32,000 nucleotides of DNA, taken from positions 1 to 32,000 of the forward strand of contig CAZMGA010000003.1 of assembly GCA_964565725.1 (NCBI GenBank), written 5' to 3'. The position numbers and the translations under genes were made by a program. This document shows, piece after piece, positions 18,125 through 28,110 of this stretch; positions within the stretch are counted from its first letter, which is position 1; each line of letters opens with the position of its first letter. The notes under the pieces were generated by a model. The model was not told the DNA's origin and did no database searches. It saw only the letters and a program-made list of their open reading frames with translations. This DNA comes from an uncultured archaeon. Its GTDB lineage: Archaea; Iainarchaeota; Iainarchaeia; Iainarchaeales; 0-14-0-20-30-16.

Positions 18125-19020
18125 TAATCGATATTAGGAAAAACTCGCACTATATTTTCCTTATCTATGTATATTGTTTTTTCATGTTGTGAAATTAAAG
18201 CTTTAGGATCTCTTTCAATTAATACTGGATAATCTGTTAATATTTTTGCATTTAATAAATTTTGAATTGCCATTCTTTTTTTTAAAGGCAAAACGTTTTT
18301 TCCAAACCACCTTTCTGAAAAAGGTAAACCATTAAAATTTTTGATTTCTGGAATTATACTTACATCTCTATGATTGCCTTCATTATAATTATAAATACTA
18401 CAAAAATTGCCTTCTTTTATTAATCCTGTACCGTTTGTTGCAAAAGGCTCTATTGCAAATATTCCTGTACCTATTTTATTTTTATTATCTGTTTTATAAT
18501 TATAAAATGATTTTCCTGAATGTAAATCATATTGGTTCATACTGTGCCCTGTTAAATTATATATTGGTTTAAAACCAAATTTTTTAATTTCGTTTTCTAT
18601 TATTTCACCTAAAATATCAAATTTAGAATTTTCTTTTTCTTCTTTTATATATTTTATTGCAGATTCTAAGGCTATTTTAGATGCGTTTTTCAATTCCAAA
18701 TTTTTATTACTTAAATCAATAGTGTACGCGGCATCTACTATATACCCATTGCTATGACATCCAAAATCAATTTTTACAATTTCATCGTTATATATTCTTG
18801 TATCATTACTAGTAGGAGAGTAATGTGCTGCTTCGTTGTTAAAAGAAATATTTACTGGAAATGCAACTTCACATTTTTTTTTAATTTCTTCTTCTATTTT
18901 ATTAGCTGTATCTAAAATTAGATTTCCTTTTTTAATAGTTTCATCTGCAATTTTTTTTCCAGACAACCATGCTTTTTCTGCTTTTTCTAAATATTGTAAT
19001 ATTTCATCCATATTTATCAT
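18121..19020 (-). CDS. map: Methionine aminopeptidase, type II
   Basis: VKIDFGCHSNGYIVDAAYTIDL, NLTGHSMNQYDLHSG, GIFAIEPFATNGTG with conserved metal-ligand context. Confidence 0.9.
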   Translation of the reverse strand: MINMDEILQYLEKAEKAWLSGKKIADETIKKGNLILDTANKIEEEIKKKCEVAFPVNISFNNEAAHYSPTSNDTRIYNDEIVKIDFGCHSNGYIVDAAYTIDLSNKNLELKNASKIALESAIKYIKEEKENSKFDILGEIIENEIKKFGFKPIYNLTGHSMNQYDLHSGKSFYNYKTDNKNKIGTGIFAIEPFATNGTGLIKEGNFCSIYNYNEGNHRDVSIIPEIKNFNGLPFSERWFGKNVLPLKKRMAIQNLLNAKILTDYPVLIERDPKALISQHEKTIYIDKENIVRVFPNIDY

Positions 19021-19023
19021 TTA

Positions 19024-21417
19024 TTAAAATAATTTTTTTTGTGTAGGTTTATTCATTAATTGGTCTTCAGATATATTAAATACAATGAATATATTTTTAA
19101 CTGCTGGTATTATTTGGTTTTGAATATAATATTCTGAATCATAGTCTCCTTGTTTAACATATTCTACTAATTCAGATTTATCAGATATGGTTTTTCCATT
19201 ATTTGTTATAATATATCCTACAATAAATTCATTTATTTCTTTGCCTTTTGCAATAGCTTTTTTAACTGCTGAAACTGCTGGGCCAATAGAACTATATGTA
19301 TCTAAATCTTTTCTTATTTGGGTATAAATTATAAATTGATCATTTGAAATTTTATGTTCAAAAGTATCTTTAATTATTTTTTGAACATATTTTTTTGCAT
19401 CTTCAATTGCATTATCCTTTAATATTAATTCTAATACTTTTTTTTGTGTGTTTTTTGCAAGTAAAGACCAATCATGTCTTACATATTCAAAACCCACAAT
19501 TTTCATATTGTTATTTTCATCAATTAGGGCATATTTTTTTTTAGCTGGGTCGTCAGAAGATTTTTTTTGAATAAATAAACCTTGTGAATAAAATCCATCT
19601 AAAGATAATTCCATTATTCCTGGTAATTGAGTATTAATATGTTCTAAAAAATCAAAAATTTCTTTTTTATCTTTAGTATACTGTAAAAAACAAGAATCTG
19701 TATCCCCGTAAATTACTTTTAAACCTTTTTTTTCAGCTTCTTTAATTACTTCCAAAGTATGTACTCTGCTTGTTGATGCTACGCTTTGACCACAATCAAA
19801 ATTGTACCATCTAGCTCTAGGATAACCCATATATCCATAAGTACTGTTTAATATTGTTTTAAAAGACCATTGATGAGCAAATAATGTTTTGTATTCTAAA
19901 GAATCTTTAGGATAATTTTTCATATCGTGTTTTGCTTTTATTCTTTGATTAAAAACTTGATTTAACATTTTTGGCAATGTAGCCTCAATATCTTTTGAAA
20001 ATATATTTTTATTGTCATCAATAAATATATTTTTTGTTTTTTCATTAATTGTTTCTGGACTAATATTATATGTTATTATAACACTAGGATATAATGATTG
20101 AAAATCTAAAACAGCTATATTTTTATGTAATCCTAAAATTGGTTCTTTAACATATGCTCCTAAAAATCTTTTTTCATTTCTAACATCTATAATATTTCCT
20201 GATGGCATTGAAGGAATTATTTTTTTTTCTTGAATTGCTTTATGCATAAGTAATGATTCAACTATAGCACTGGAACTTGTTCGGGTTATTTCTTGTAAAG
20301 GTTTTCCAGTTAGTTGGGTTAATGCTATAAATTGATCTAAAAAATTCTCTCCTATTTCATAACATGCTATAGAATCTACTAAATTATATTCTACAAATTT
20401 TTCATATAATTTAATATTTTTATAATATTTTTCCATTTCATTATAAGGTAAATCTATTTTGTGTTTTCCAAATAAGTAATTGTATACCGAATCTAAATTT
20501 AATTTAAATAAATCTAAGGATCCTTTCATAGATAAGCTTTTAACAACTTTATATACATCAATATGTTGATAATTTTTTAAATTAAATTCTAAATTGTTGC
20601 CTCTAGATATAACCGGATTAAAAGTATTATTAAATTCAGATTCTAAATCATTTTTCTTACATCTTTCTTTAATAAATGGAAAATCATAAACATCTCCATT
20701 ATAACTATAAATTAAATCAGGATCAAATTTTTTTATTGTTTGTAAAAATTCTAATAATAACTCTTTTTCACTTTGAACTTGCGTATAATATTCTAAATCA
20801 CTTTTTAATGAGTTATAACCTATAACCTTTTTTAGTTCTGGATTTTTGCTGTAAAGTGAAATTAAAACTATTGCTTCTTTTTTTGGGTCTATACTTTTGC
20901 CTAAAGTTTCAATATCAAAAGCTATTTTTTTTAAATCTAGTCCAAAACTATTTAATTCTTGAAATTGAAAATCTTCAGAAATATTATAATATTTTAAACA
21001 ATATATATTTTTATCAATAATATAACGAAAGTCAAAAGGAATATCATATTCAAATTTACCAATATAAAATAATTCTTCTTTTATTCTATTTCTCGCATCT
21101 AACAAATGAGATATTTTTTCAAAATATATTTTGTATATTTTAATTTTTTTTAATTCTTCAATGTTTAATGCTTTTTCCTTAAAATGTGCAAATTTGCTTA
21201 TTTGTAATAAATCTTTATTTACTTTTTCTAAATTAATTATTTTATAATTTTCTAAATCATTTATTTTTAAATCTATATTTGACAATAAGTAAAAATAAGG
21301 TTTAAAAGAGTGATCTTCTAAAACTTTTTTACCATCTTTAGTTTTAACACATAATTTAATATAAGATTCTTCTTCATTGTTTACACTATAAACATATAAC
21401 AATAATCCTTTTATCAT
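19024..21417 (-). CDS. polB: Family B DNA polymerase with 3'-5' exonuclease motifs
   Basis: ExoI AFDIETLG, ExoII YSYNGDVYDFPF, ExoIII YNLVDSIACYEIG, PolA AVLDFQSLYPSVIITYNI, PolB NSTYGYMGYPRARWY, PolC YGDTDSCF. ATG 21417 with GTGAGAATATG fits better than the tracked 21456. Confidence 0.93.
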   Translation of the reverse strand: MIKGLLLYVYSVNNEEESYIKLCVKTKDGKKVLEDHSFKPYFYLLSNIDLKINDLENYKIINLEKVNKDLLQISKFAHFKEKALNIEELKKIKIYKIYFEKISHLLDARNRIKEELFYIGKFEYDIPFDFRYIIDKNIYCLKYYNISEDFQFQELNSFGLDLKKIAFDIETLGKSIDPKKEAIVLISLYSKNPELKKVIGYNSLKSDLEYYTQVQSEKELLLEFLQTIKKFDPDLIYSYNGDVYDFPFIKERCKKNDLESEFNNTFNPVISRGNNLEFNLKNYQHIDVYKVVKSLSMKGSLDLFKLNLDSVYNYLFGKHKIDLPYNEMEKYYKNIKLYEKFVEYNLVDSIACYEIGENFLDQFIALTQLTGKPLQEITRTSSSAIVESLLMHKAIQEKKIIPSMPSGNIIDVRNEKRFLGAYVKEPILGLHKNIAVLDFQSLYPSVIITYNISPETINEKTKNIFIDDNKNIFSKDIEATLPKMLNQVFNQRIKAKHDMKNYPKDSLEYKTLFAHQWSFKTILNSTYGYMGYPRARWYNFDCGQSVASTSRVHTLEVIKEAEKKGLKVIYGDTDSCFLQYTKDKKEIFDFLEHINTQLPGIMELSLDGFYSQGLFIQKKSSDDPAKKKYALIDENNNMKIVGFEYVRHDWSLLAKNTQKKVLELILKDNAIEDAKKYVQKIIKDTFEHKISNDQFIIYTQIRKDLDTYSSIGPAVSAVKKAIAKGKEINEFIVGYIITNNGKTISDKSELVEYVKQGDYDSEYYIQNQIIPAVKNIFIVFNISEDQLMNKPTQKKLF

Positions 21418-21421
21418 ATTC

Positions 21422-21892
21422 TCACTTATTATCATAATTCCAAATATTGTCCCCAATATAGTGTAAAGTTTTTATTGTTTTCCCCTTTTTTAAGGATTTC
21501 ATAGTGTTTGAATCAAACAAAGTTATCCCTAAAGCTAAATTTTTTTTATGGGTTTCATCTTTAATTAAAATTAATTCATTTTCTTTAAAATCAGAAATAT
21601 ATTTAATTCCTGGAGCCATAATATCTGCTCCTTTTGTAACAAAAGATATTGCTCCAGTATCTATTAATATGTATGGTAAATTCAAATTTGTATTTATTAT
21701 TAGTTTAAGATTAGGTACAAAAAAATCATTATATAAACAACCAATTATTTCTTTATTTAGTCTAATTAAATCGAGACTTTTTTCATTTTCAATAATTTCT
21801 AAGTTTTTACTTAAGTCTAGATTTAAATTATATTTTGAAATTTTATCTATAATTTCCTTGCTTTCTTTTTTATTTAATTGTTTAATTTTCAT
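21422..21892 (-). CDS. PUA-domain RNA-binding protein (MCT-1/Tma20-like)
   Basis: ILIDTGAISFVTKGADIMAPGIKYISDFKENELILIKDETHKKNLALGITLFDSNTM is a typical PUA pattern. Confidence 0.8.
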   Translation of the reverse strand: MKIKQLNKKESKEIIDKISKYNLNLDLSKNLEIIENEKSLDLIRLNKEIIGCLYNDFFVPNLKLIINTNLNLPYILIDTGAISFVTKGADIMAPGIKYISDFKENELILIKDETHKKNLALGITLFDSNTMKSLKKGKTIKTLHYIGDNIWNYDNK

Positions 21893-21999
21893 AATAAAAT
21901 ATAGTCTAAAAGTATATAAATGGACTATATCTTAAGTTTATATTTAAAAGGAGATACTATTATATAATATATATTATAAAATATATATATAGGGATGAT

Positions 22000-22467
22000 A
22001 TGGTAACTAAAAAGAAAGTAAATGATGTTGAAAAAAATATTGAAAAAGTAGAAGATTTGTCTTTAGATTATGATTTTTTATTAAATAGAGCTAAAGAACA
22101 ATTAGATAAAATTAATGTTGTTCAAGAAAGATTTACAATACCTGAAATTGATAGCCAAATACAAGGTAAAAAAACATTATTAAGAAATGCTGGTTTAATT
22201 TCTAAAGAAATAAAAAGAGATATCCAACATATTTTAAAATATTTTGTTAAAGAAACTGGTTTACCAGCTACAACAGATAATTCAAAAATAATTTTAAATG
22301 GTGTTGTTAATACTTTTAAGGTTTCTCAAATATACAAAAAATATATTTCTGAATTTTTAATATGTAAACAATGTGGTAAACCAGAAACAAGAATAATTTC
22401 TGAAAAAGGAATTGTTGTAATGAAATGTGATGCGTGTGGAGCTATAACTCCAATAAGAAAAATTTGA
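22000..22467 (+). CDS. Translation initiation factor aIF2 beta subunit
   Basis: [40 protein letters not shown] and zinc ribbon [10 protein letters not shown]...MKCDACGA. Confidence 0.9.
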   Translation: MVTKKKVNDVEKNIEKVEDLSLDYDFLLNRAKEQLDKINVVQERFTIPEIDSQIQGKKTLLRNAGLISKEIKRDIQHILKYFVKETGLPATTDNSKIILNGVVNTFKVSQIYKKYISEFLICKQCGKPETRIISEKGIVVMKCDACGAITPIRKI

Positions 22468-22468
22468 G

Positions 22469-22786
22469 GTGGTATATATTTATAAAAGAACTGATTCACA
22501 AGAATTCAAGTTAAGATTGCCTAATAGAGCAGAAGGAGAAGAATTTGCATTAGTAACTATATTAACTGGTGCAGAATACATAAAAGTTTTATGTGAAGAT
22601 GGAACTGAAAAAGCAGCAAGAATTACAGGAAAGTTGAGATATAAAGTTTTTATTAAAGAAAACGATATAATAATAGTTAGAAAAAGAGAATATGATGAAG
22701 GCAAAGTAGATGTTATTTGGAGATATTTACCTTTACAAGTTGCAAAATTAAAAAATATGGGTCAATTAGATAAATTTCCTATTTAG
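22469..22786 (+). CDS. Translation initiation factor aIF1A
   Basis: OB-fold pattern EEFALVTILTGAEYIKVLCEDGTEKAARITGKLRYKVFIKENDIIIVRKREYDEGKVDVIWRYLPLQV. No ATG near the start: GTG 22469 as tracked, or ATT 22478. Confidence 0.88.
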   Translation: MVYIYKRTDSQEFKLRLPNRAEGEEFALVTILTGAEYIKVLCEDGTEKAARITGKLRYKVFIKENDIIIVRKREYDEGKVDVIWRYLPLQVAKLKNMGQLDKFPI

Positions 22787-22793
22787 TGATATT

Positions 22794-24554
22794 ATGAAAA
22801 GATTTATTTCTAATTTAATTTTTTTGGCATTAGATTCAAAAATAGATAAATCTTTAATTGATAAAACTACTATGGAATCTAGATTAAAAGAATTTGATTT
22901 TGCATCATCTATTTTAATAGTAAATAAAAATATAGACAAAGATAAATTTATTACTAATTTAAAAGAATACGATTTATTTGAAAAAGTAGAAATTATAAAC
23001 AATTTTGTAAACATTTCTTTAAATAAAATTTATTTTTTAAATAATTCTTTTGAAGTTGTTAAAGAAGATAAAAAAATAATGATTGAGTTTTCATCCCCCA
23101 ATTCTAATAAACCTTTACATTTAGGACATATAAGAAATACTCTGTTGGGTAATTCTTTATCTAATTTATTGGCAAAAAAATATAATATAATAAAAGCAAA
23201 TTTAGTTAATGATAGAGGAATACATATTTGTAAATCTATGATTGGTTATTTAAAATTATCACAATTTAAAACTCCTGAAGAAGCAAAAATGAAATCTGAT
23301 TTCTTTGTAGGATATTGTTATGTTTTGTTTGCTCAAAAAGAAAAAGATGATCCTTCTTTAATTAAAGATGCTGAGGATATGTTAAAAAAATGGGAATCAG
23401 GGGATAAAGAAATTTTAAATTTATGGCATAAATTAAGAAATTGGTCTTTAGAAGGAATGAAAGAAACATATTCTAAATTAGGGGTTAATTTTGATGTTTG
23501 GTTTTATGAATCTGATATTTATAATAAAGGTAAAGAAATTATTTTAGATGCTTATAAAAATGGAAAAGTTAAATTAGAAGATTTGGGTTATGTTGTAAGG
23601 TTTGGAGATAAAGCTGAGGGTTATAAAGTAGTATTACGAAAAGATGAAACATCTATTTATATTACCCAAGATATTTATTTGGCTAAATTAAAGTTTGATG
23701 AATATAATTTAGATAAAAGTATATATGTAGTAGGTTCAGAACAAAAAGATTATTTTAGTAAATTAAAAAAAGTTTTAATAGAATTAGGTTATGAAAGATA
23801 TTCTAATGATTTGGAACATTATTGTTATGGTATGATTTATTTACCAGATGGTAAAATGAAAAGTCGTGAAGGTAATGTAGTTGATGCTGATAATTTAATT
23901 GACGATTTAAGAACAAAAGCAAAAACTATTTTATTAGAAAAAAATAAAGATTCTAATTTAAGCATAGAGGATGAAAGTAAAATTATTGCCGATGCTGCAT
24001 TAAAATATTTTATTTTAAAGTATGATTCAAAAAAAGACTTTACTTTTGATGTTCATTCTTCATTATCTTTTGAAGGTAATTCTGGGCCTTATTTATTATA
24101 TACATATGCGAGAATTAATTCTTTATTAAATAATATAAAGTCCTATTTAGAATCTGCAAAACAAAGAGATCCTAATTTATTTGATAAAAAAAATAATATT
24201 AAAAGTGATGATTTATTTGTATTAAATGAATTTGAAGAGTTTGTAATTAATCCTAATTCTGTTATTAAATATATTCCATCTGATTTGGAAAAGGAATTAT
24301 CTGCAATAATGATTAAATATAATGATAAGTTAGATGAAGCTATTGAAAAAAAAGAAGTTCATTTAATTTTAACATATATTACTGATTTAGCAAATAATTT
24401 TAATAGCTTATATGCTAATTTAAAAATTATAGATGAATCTAACAATAATTTATTAAATGATTTAGAAGTAAGATATCCTTTTTATAATAAATTAAAATTA
24501 ATTTTTGAAGACATTTTTAATATATTAGGTATAACTAAATTAGATAAAATGTAA
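22794..24554 (+). CDS. argS: Arginyl-tRNA synthetase
   Basis: PNSNKPLHLGHIRNTLLGNSLSNLL, VNDRGIHICKSM, LPDGKMKSREGNVVDADNLI, and a C-terminal DALR-like domain. Confidence 0.93.
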   Translation: MKRFISNLIFLALDSKIDKSLIDKTTMESRLKEFDFASSILIVNKNIDKDKFITNLKEYDLFEKVEIINNFVNISLNKIYFLNNSFEVVKEDKKIMIEFSSPNSNKPLHLGHIRNTLLGNSLSNLLAKKYNIIKANLVNDRGIHICKSMIGYLKLSQFKTPEEAKMKSDFFVGYCYVLFAQKEKDDPSLIKDAEDMLKKWESGDKEILNLWHKLRNWSLEGMKETYSKLGVNFDVWFYESDIYNKGKEIILDAYKNGKVKLEDLGYVVRFGDKAEGYKVVLRKDETSIYITQDIYLAKLKFDEYNLDKSIYVVGSEQKDYFSKLKKVLIELGYERYSNDLEHYCYGMIYLPDGKMKSREGNVVDADNLIDDLRTKAKTILLEKNKDSNLSIEDESKIIADAALKYFILKYDSKKDFTFDVHSSLSFEGNSGPYLLYTYARINSLLNNIKSYLESAKQRDPNLFDKKNNIKSDDLFVLNEFEEFVINPNSVIKYIPSDLEKELSAIMIKYNDKLDEAIEKKEVHLILTYITDLANNFNSLYANLKIIDESNNNLLNDLEVRYPFYNKLKLIFEDIFNILGITKLDKM

Positions 24555-24908
24555 TCATAATTTAATAAATAAATTTAATATACTTAATAACAATAAAATT
24601 ATACTCAAAACAATTCCAAATTTGGATATTTTATTATTTGCTTTTTTTATTTGCAATACACTTAAAATTATACTTAATATTCCAAAACTTATGATCAAAT
24701 ATTTGTTAAAAGTAATTTGAGTTATTTTACTTAATATGTCCATTATAATATAAGCTATAAAAACTAAAGGAATTATAACTCCTATTATGCCAAAATTGTT
24801 AGTTATTGGTTTCTCATTTCTATAGGAATATATTTTTTCATAATTAGGTAATTCAGGTGTTTTTAATCTATCTTCTATTTCTTTTATTGGATTTTTATCA
24901 TTAAACAT
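24555..24908 (-). CDS. Small membrane protein of unknown function, about three TM segments
   Basis: Soluble N-terminus followed by FGIIGVIIPLVFIAYIIM, YLIISFGILSIILSVL and FGIVLSIILLLLSILNLFI. SD GTGAT before ATG 24908; the track starts at TTG 24911. Confidence 0.6.
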   Translation of the reverse strand: MFNDKNPIKEIEDRLKTPELPNYEKIYSYRNEKPITNNFGIIGVIIPLVFIAYIIMDILSKITQITFNKYLIISFGILSIILSVLQIKKANNKISKFGIVLSIILLLLSILNLFIKL

Positions 24909-24950
24909 CAAATCACAAATATACTATTATATAAAAGTTTATATATCTTT

Positions 24951-27239
24951 TTATTTTATGTTAATTTCTGTAGCACTATCTAAATCTTTATTTCTTTCAA
25001 CATAAATTATATTTTTTGCATTGTTTTCTAGATTTATGTCGTGAGTAATTACAAATATTTGTTCTACAAATTTAGGCAAATATTGTGAAAACAAATCTGA
25101 TAAAAAAGATATACTTTTTTTATCTAAGTTGTGGGTTGGTTCATCTAAAACTAATAGATTTAATTTATTTTGCATTACTAAAGACATAGCTATTCTTAAT
25201 GTTAATGCTATTGCACTTCTTTCGCCTCCAGAAATAAATTCATCTAATTCTCTTTTATAATTATTATCAAATTCTAATTCAATCTTATAATCTCCATTAG
25301 AAATATTAAAAGAGATTTTATTAAAATCTTTATATGGATATATGTTTTGCCATAGCTCCATAAAAACAGCGTTTACACTTTTTACTACTAATTCTCTAAC
25401 TTGTTCTTGTGTTTTTTTTGCAACATTAGAAAATATTATTAAATCTTCAACGTATTTTTTTATGATGTTAATTTGTTTTTCAGTTTTATTTTTATTTAAA
25501 TATATTTGATTATATTGTTCTAGCTTAAATAATTCTTCTTTGTGTTGTTTTTCTTTTTCCAAAATAATTTCTTTTTTATATTTTGTTTCTGTTATAATTT
25601 TTTGTAATTCACTTTTAATTACTGCAAATTCTTCAGGATTATATTCAATTTTAGATAATTTTTCATTATTTATTATCAATTCATTTTTTATTTTTTCTAA
25701 ATCTTTTTGTTTGTTTTCATAATCATTTATTATTCTCAATTTATTTTCATAATTTTTAACACTGATATCTATATCTTTTAGTTCGTTTTGTATTTTTTCT
25801 AAATTTTCTTTAAAGTTTATTTCTAGTTTAATATTATTTTCTATTTCTGTTTTAAATTTATCTAAATCATTTATTTCTAATTTTGTTTTTTCATATATTT
25901 CTATATTTCTATTATAAAACTCTCTTAATTTATTTTTAGTATCATATGTTTTTTTTAATATTGTATAATTTTCTTTTTCTTTAATTATGTCTATTTCTAA
26001 TTGTTCTTTATTGGTTTTCTTTTTTATAAGAACTTCATTTTTATGATTTAAATTCAATTCTTGATTACATAATGGGCAATTTGCATCACTTTTTTCTAAT
26101 ATTTTTAAATCATTTTCCAAAGATTTAATTAATGTTTCATTTTTAGTAATAATTGTTCGCGAGTTTTCAATTTCTAAAACTAATTTATTAACTATATCGT
26201 TGATATCTTTTGGAATTTCTTTTAATAATTCATCCATTGTTTTAAAATCATTTTTTTTATTGTTTAATTCATTTAATTTATTTTGTAAAAACATACTTTT
26301 ACTTTTTAAATTATTATAATCTTGTTCTATTTTTAATTTATTTTTTGTATTTTCTTCTTTTATTTTTTTTAAATTATTATAATCTTGTTCTATTTTTAAT
26401 TTGTTTTCTTTTACTTCAAAGGTTTTTAATTCATTTTCTAAATAATTTTGTTTTCCTTTTAAATTGTTTATAGAATTGTTTAATAATTCAAATTCTTGTT
26501 TTTCTTTATTGATTTTTATTTCTAATTCTTTTTTTATTTCTAATTCTTTTTCTGTTTTTTCTAAATGTGTTTTTATAGTTTTTATTTCTTCATTAATTGT
26601 TTTAATTTTTATTTCAATATTGTCTTTATTGTAATTTTCTAATAATTTAGAATATTCATTTATTTTAATTTTTAAATCATCATATTTTATTTTTAGTCTG
26701 TTGCTTATTTGTCGCGCATTAACACTAATAGTATCATAAAAAGAAATGTCAAATAAATTATCAAATAAAATTTTTCTTTCATTTGCAGGTAATTTCAAAA
26801 AATAATCTATTGCATTTTGTTCAGCATAATTTGCTTTCATAAACAAATCTATATTTATTTTTAAGATGTTTTCAATTTCATCATTTACATCAGAAGGTTT
26901 TGGGCCCCTTATCAAATTATTATTTTTATATAATTTGGCTTGGCTACTTTTATTTAAAAATATATTTCTTTCTATTTTGTATAAATCATTATCGACATTG
27001 AATTCTAAAATTACTGTTGCTTCATTTTGTTGTAATGGTTTGCTCATTATTATATCTTTTACAGGAATTTTTTTTGATTTAATGTTTGGGGTTGTACCAA
27101 ATAATGCAAAAACTATTGCATCAAATATGCTTGTTTTCCCAGAACCAATATTTCCTACAATTACATTATAACCCGAGTTAAATAATATTTCACTTTGTTT
27201 ATGACTCTTCCAGTTTATTAAAATTAGTTTATTTAGCAT
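24951..27239 (-). CDS. rad50: Rad50-like SMC-family ATPase with zinc hook
   Basis: Walker A VIVGNIGSGKTSIFDAI, zinc hook NCPLCNQEL, ABC signature ISGGERSAIALTLRIAMSLV, Walker B LNLLVLDEPTHNLD, D/H loop VITHD, long coiled coil. Confidence 0.88.
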   Translation of the reverse strand: MLNKLILINWKSHKQSEILFNSGYNVIVGNIGSGKTSIFDAIVFALFGTTPNIKSKKIPVKDIIMSKPLQQNEATVILEFNVDNDLYKIERNIFLNKSSQAKLYKNNNLIRGPKPSDVNDEIENILKINIDLFMKANYAEQNAIDYFLKLPANERKILFDNLFDISFYDTISVNARQISNRLKIKYDDLKIKINEYSKLLENYNKDNIEIKIKTINEEIKTIKTHLEKTEKELEIKKELEIKINKEKQEFELLNNSINNLKGKQNYLENELKTFEVKENKLKIEQDYNNLKKIKEENTKNKLKIEQDYNNLKSKSMFLQNKLNELNNKKNDFKTMDELLKEIPKDINDIVNKLVLEIENSRTIITKNETLIKSLENDLKILEKSDANCPLCNQELNLNHKNEVLIKKKTNKEQLEIDIIKEKENYTILKKTYDTKNKLREFYNRNIEIYEKTKLEINDLDKFKTEIENNIKLEINFKENLEKIQNELKDIDISVKNYENKLRIINDYENKQKDLEKIKNELIINNEKLSKIEYNPEEFAVIKSELQKIITETKYKKEIILEKEKQHKEELFKLEQYNQIYLNKNKTEKQINIIKKYVEDLIIFSNVAKKTQEQVRELVVKSVNAVFMELWQNIYPYKDFNKISFNISNGDYKIELEFDNNYKRELDEFISGGERSAIALTLRIAMSLVMQNKLNLLVLDEPTHNLDKKSISFLSDLFSQYLPKFVEQIFVITHDINLENNAKNIIYVERNKDLDSATEINIK
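26308..26402. repeat. Two identical 32-nt copies offset by 63 nt, forming a 21-aa internal duplication in the Rad50 coiled coil
   Basis: aaattattataatcttgttctatttttaattt at 26308-26339 and 26371-26402; protein KLKIEQDYNNLKKIKEENTKN then KLKIEQDYNNL. Confidence 0.85.
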
Positions 27240-27263
27240 ATATTATAAATATTAAAAGTGTTT

Positions 27264-28106
27264 TTAAATATTAATATTTAATATGCCAAAAGCATATGCT
27301 GCTGCTTGATTTGCTCTTAAAGGTTCTGAACTTTTAGGTCCTAAATATATAGTTATATTACAATTATCTAAAGTTTCTTTTAATAACCCTCTATTTTCAT
27401 TTCCAAATAATAACATTATTTTATTATTGTTTATTTTCAATAATGTTTTTTCATTATTTTGTCCCCACAAACTAAAGCCTATTAAATAATAATCTTTTAT
27501 TTCATTTAAATTTTTAATAATTTTGTATTTGATTTTATTTGATTTAAATAATTTTTTTGCAGATGTTATTTCTTTATCAATATTGTTTTCATTTTTGAAA
27601 AAAACATCGCAATTTAAAGCAACACCTAATCTTAAAAAATCAGCAATTTCTTGAACATTATTTGAATTTTCCAATAATATACTAATATTTTTATTTTCTT
27701 TTATTTCTGAGATTATTCTTCCAATTCTACAATATGTTTTATTTAACCTAAATTTAGATTCTAAATATAATATTATACCTTTATTATCAAAATTATTTTT
27801 TCTTAAAAATCTATCCTCTATTGCTTTTTTGTGAAAATTTAAATCCTTTTTTATTTTTGTATTTATTTGTTTTATTTTGTATTTACTGATTTTATCTATT
27901 ATGTTAGAAATGGTATCTACTTCAAATTCATCATATAATTCTATTATTTGTGAAATACCATTAAAAAAATTAGGTTTTGAATAAAATAAAATATTTTTGT
28001 AATTCCAATCATCTATTTTATATTTTATGTTTTTTTGTTTTAATTGTTTTAAAATATTTTGAAATTCTTCGTTGGAAATATTTCTATTAATAGTTACTAA
28101 AAACAT
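27264..28106 (-). CDS. Probable SPOUT-class RNA methyltransferase-like protein
   Basis: C-terminal KIMLLFGNENRGLLKETLDNCNITIYLGPKSSEPLRANQAAAYAFGILN resembles SpoU/TrmH-type knot motifs. Confidence 0.5.
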   Translation of the reverse strand: MFLVTINRNISNEEFQNILKQLKQKNIKYKIDDWNYKNILFYSKPNFFNGISQIIELYDEFEVDTISNIIDKISKYKIKQINTKIKKDLNFHKKAIEDRFLRKNNFDNKGIILYLESKFRLNKTYCRIGRIISEIKENKNISILLENSNNVQEIADFLRLGVALNCDVFFKNENNIDKEITSAKKLFKSNKIKYKIIKNLNEIKDYYLIGFSLWGQNNEKTLLKINNNKIMLLFGNENRGLLKETLDNCNITIYLGPKSSEPLRANQAAAYAFGILNINI

Positions 28107-28110
28107 TTTA

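Noticed and set aside
21504-21935. 143-aa plus-strand ORF.
   Set aside because: It lies antisense to the PUA-domain gene, which has clear family motifs, and its composition looks like a reverse complement of coding sequence.
24951-27239. Rad50 plus the small downstream membrane protein as a possible membrane-linked SMC defence system.
   Set aside because: Sequence features match ordinary Rad50, and the surroundings are housekeeping genes without nuclease, mobile or defence hallmarks. Kept only as a low-level neighbourhood observation.
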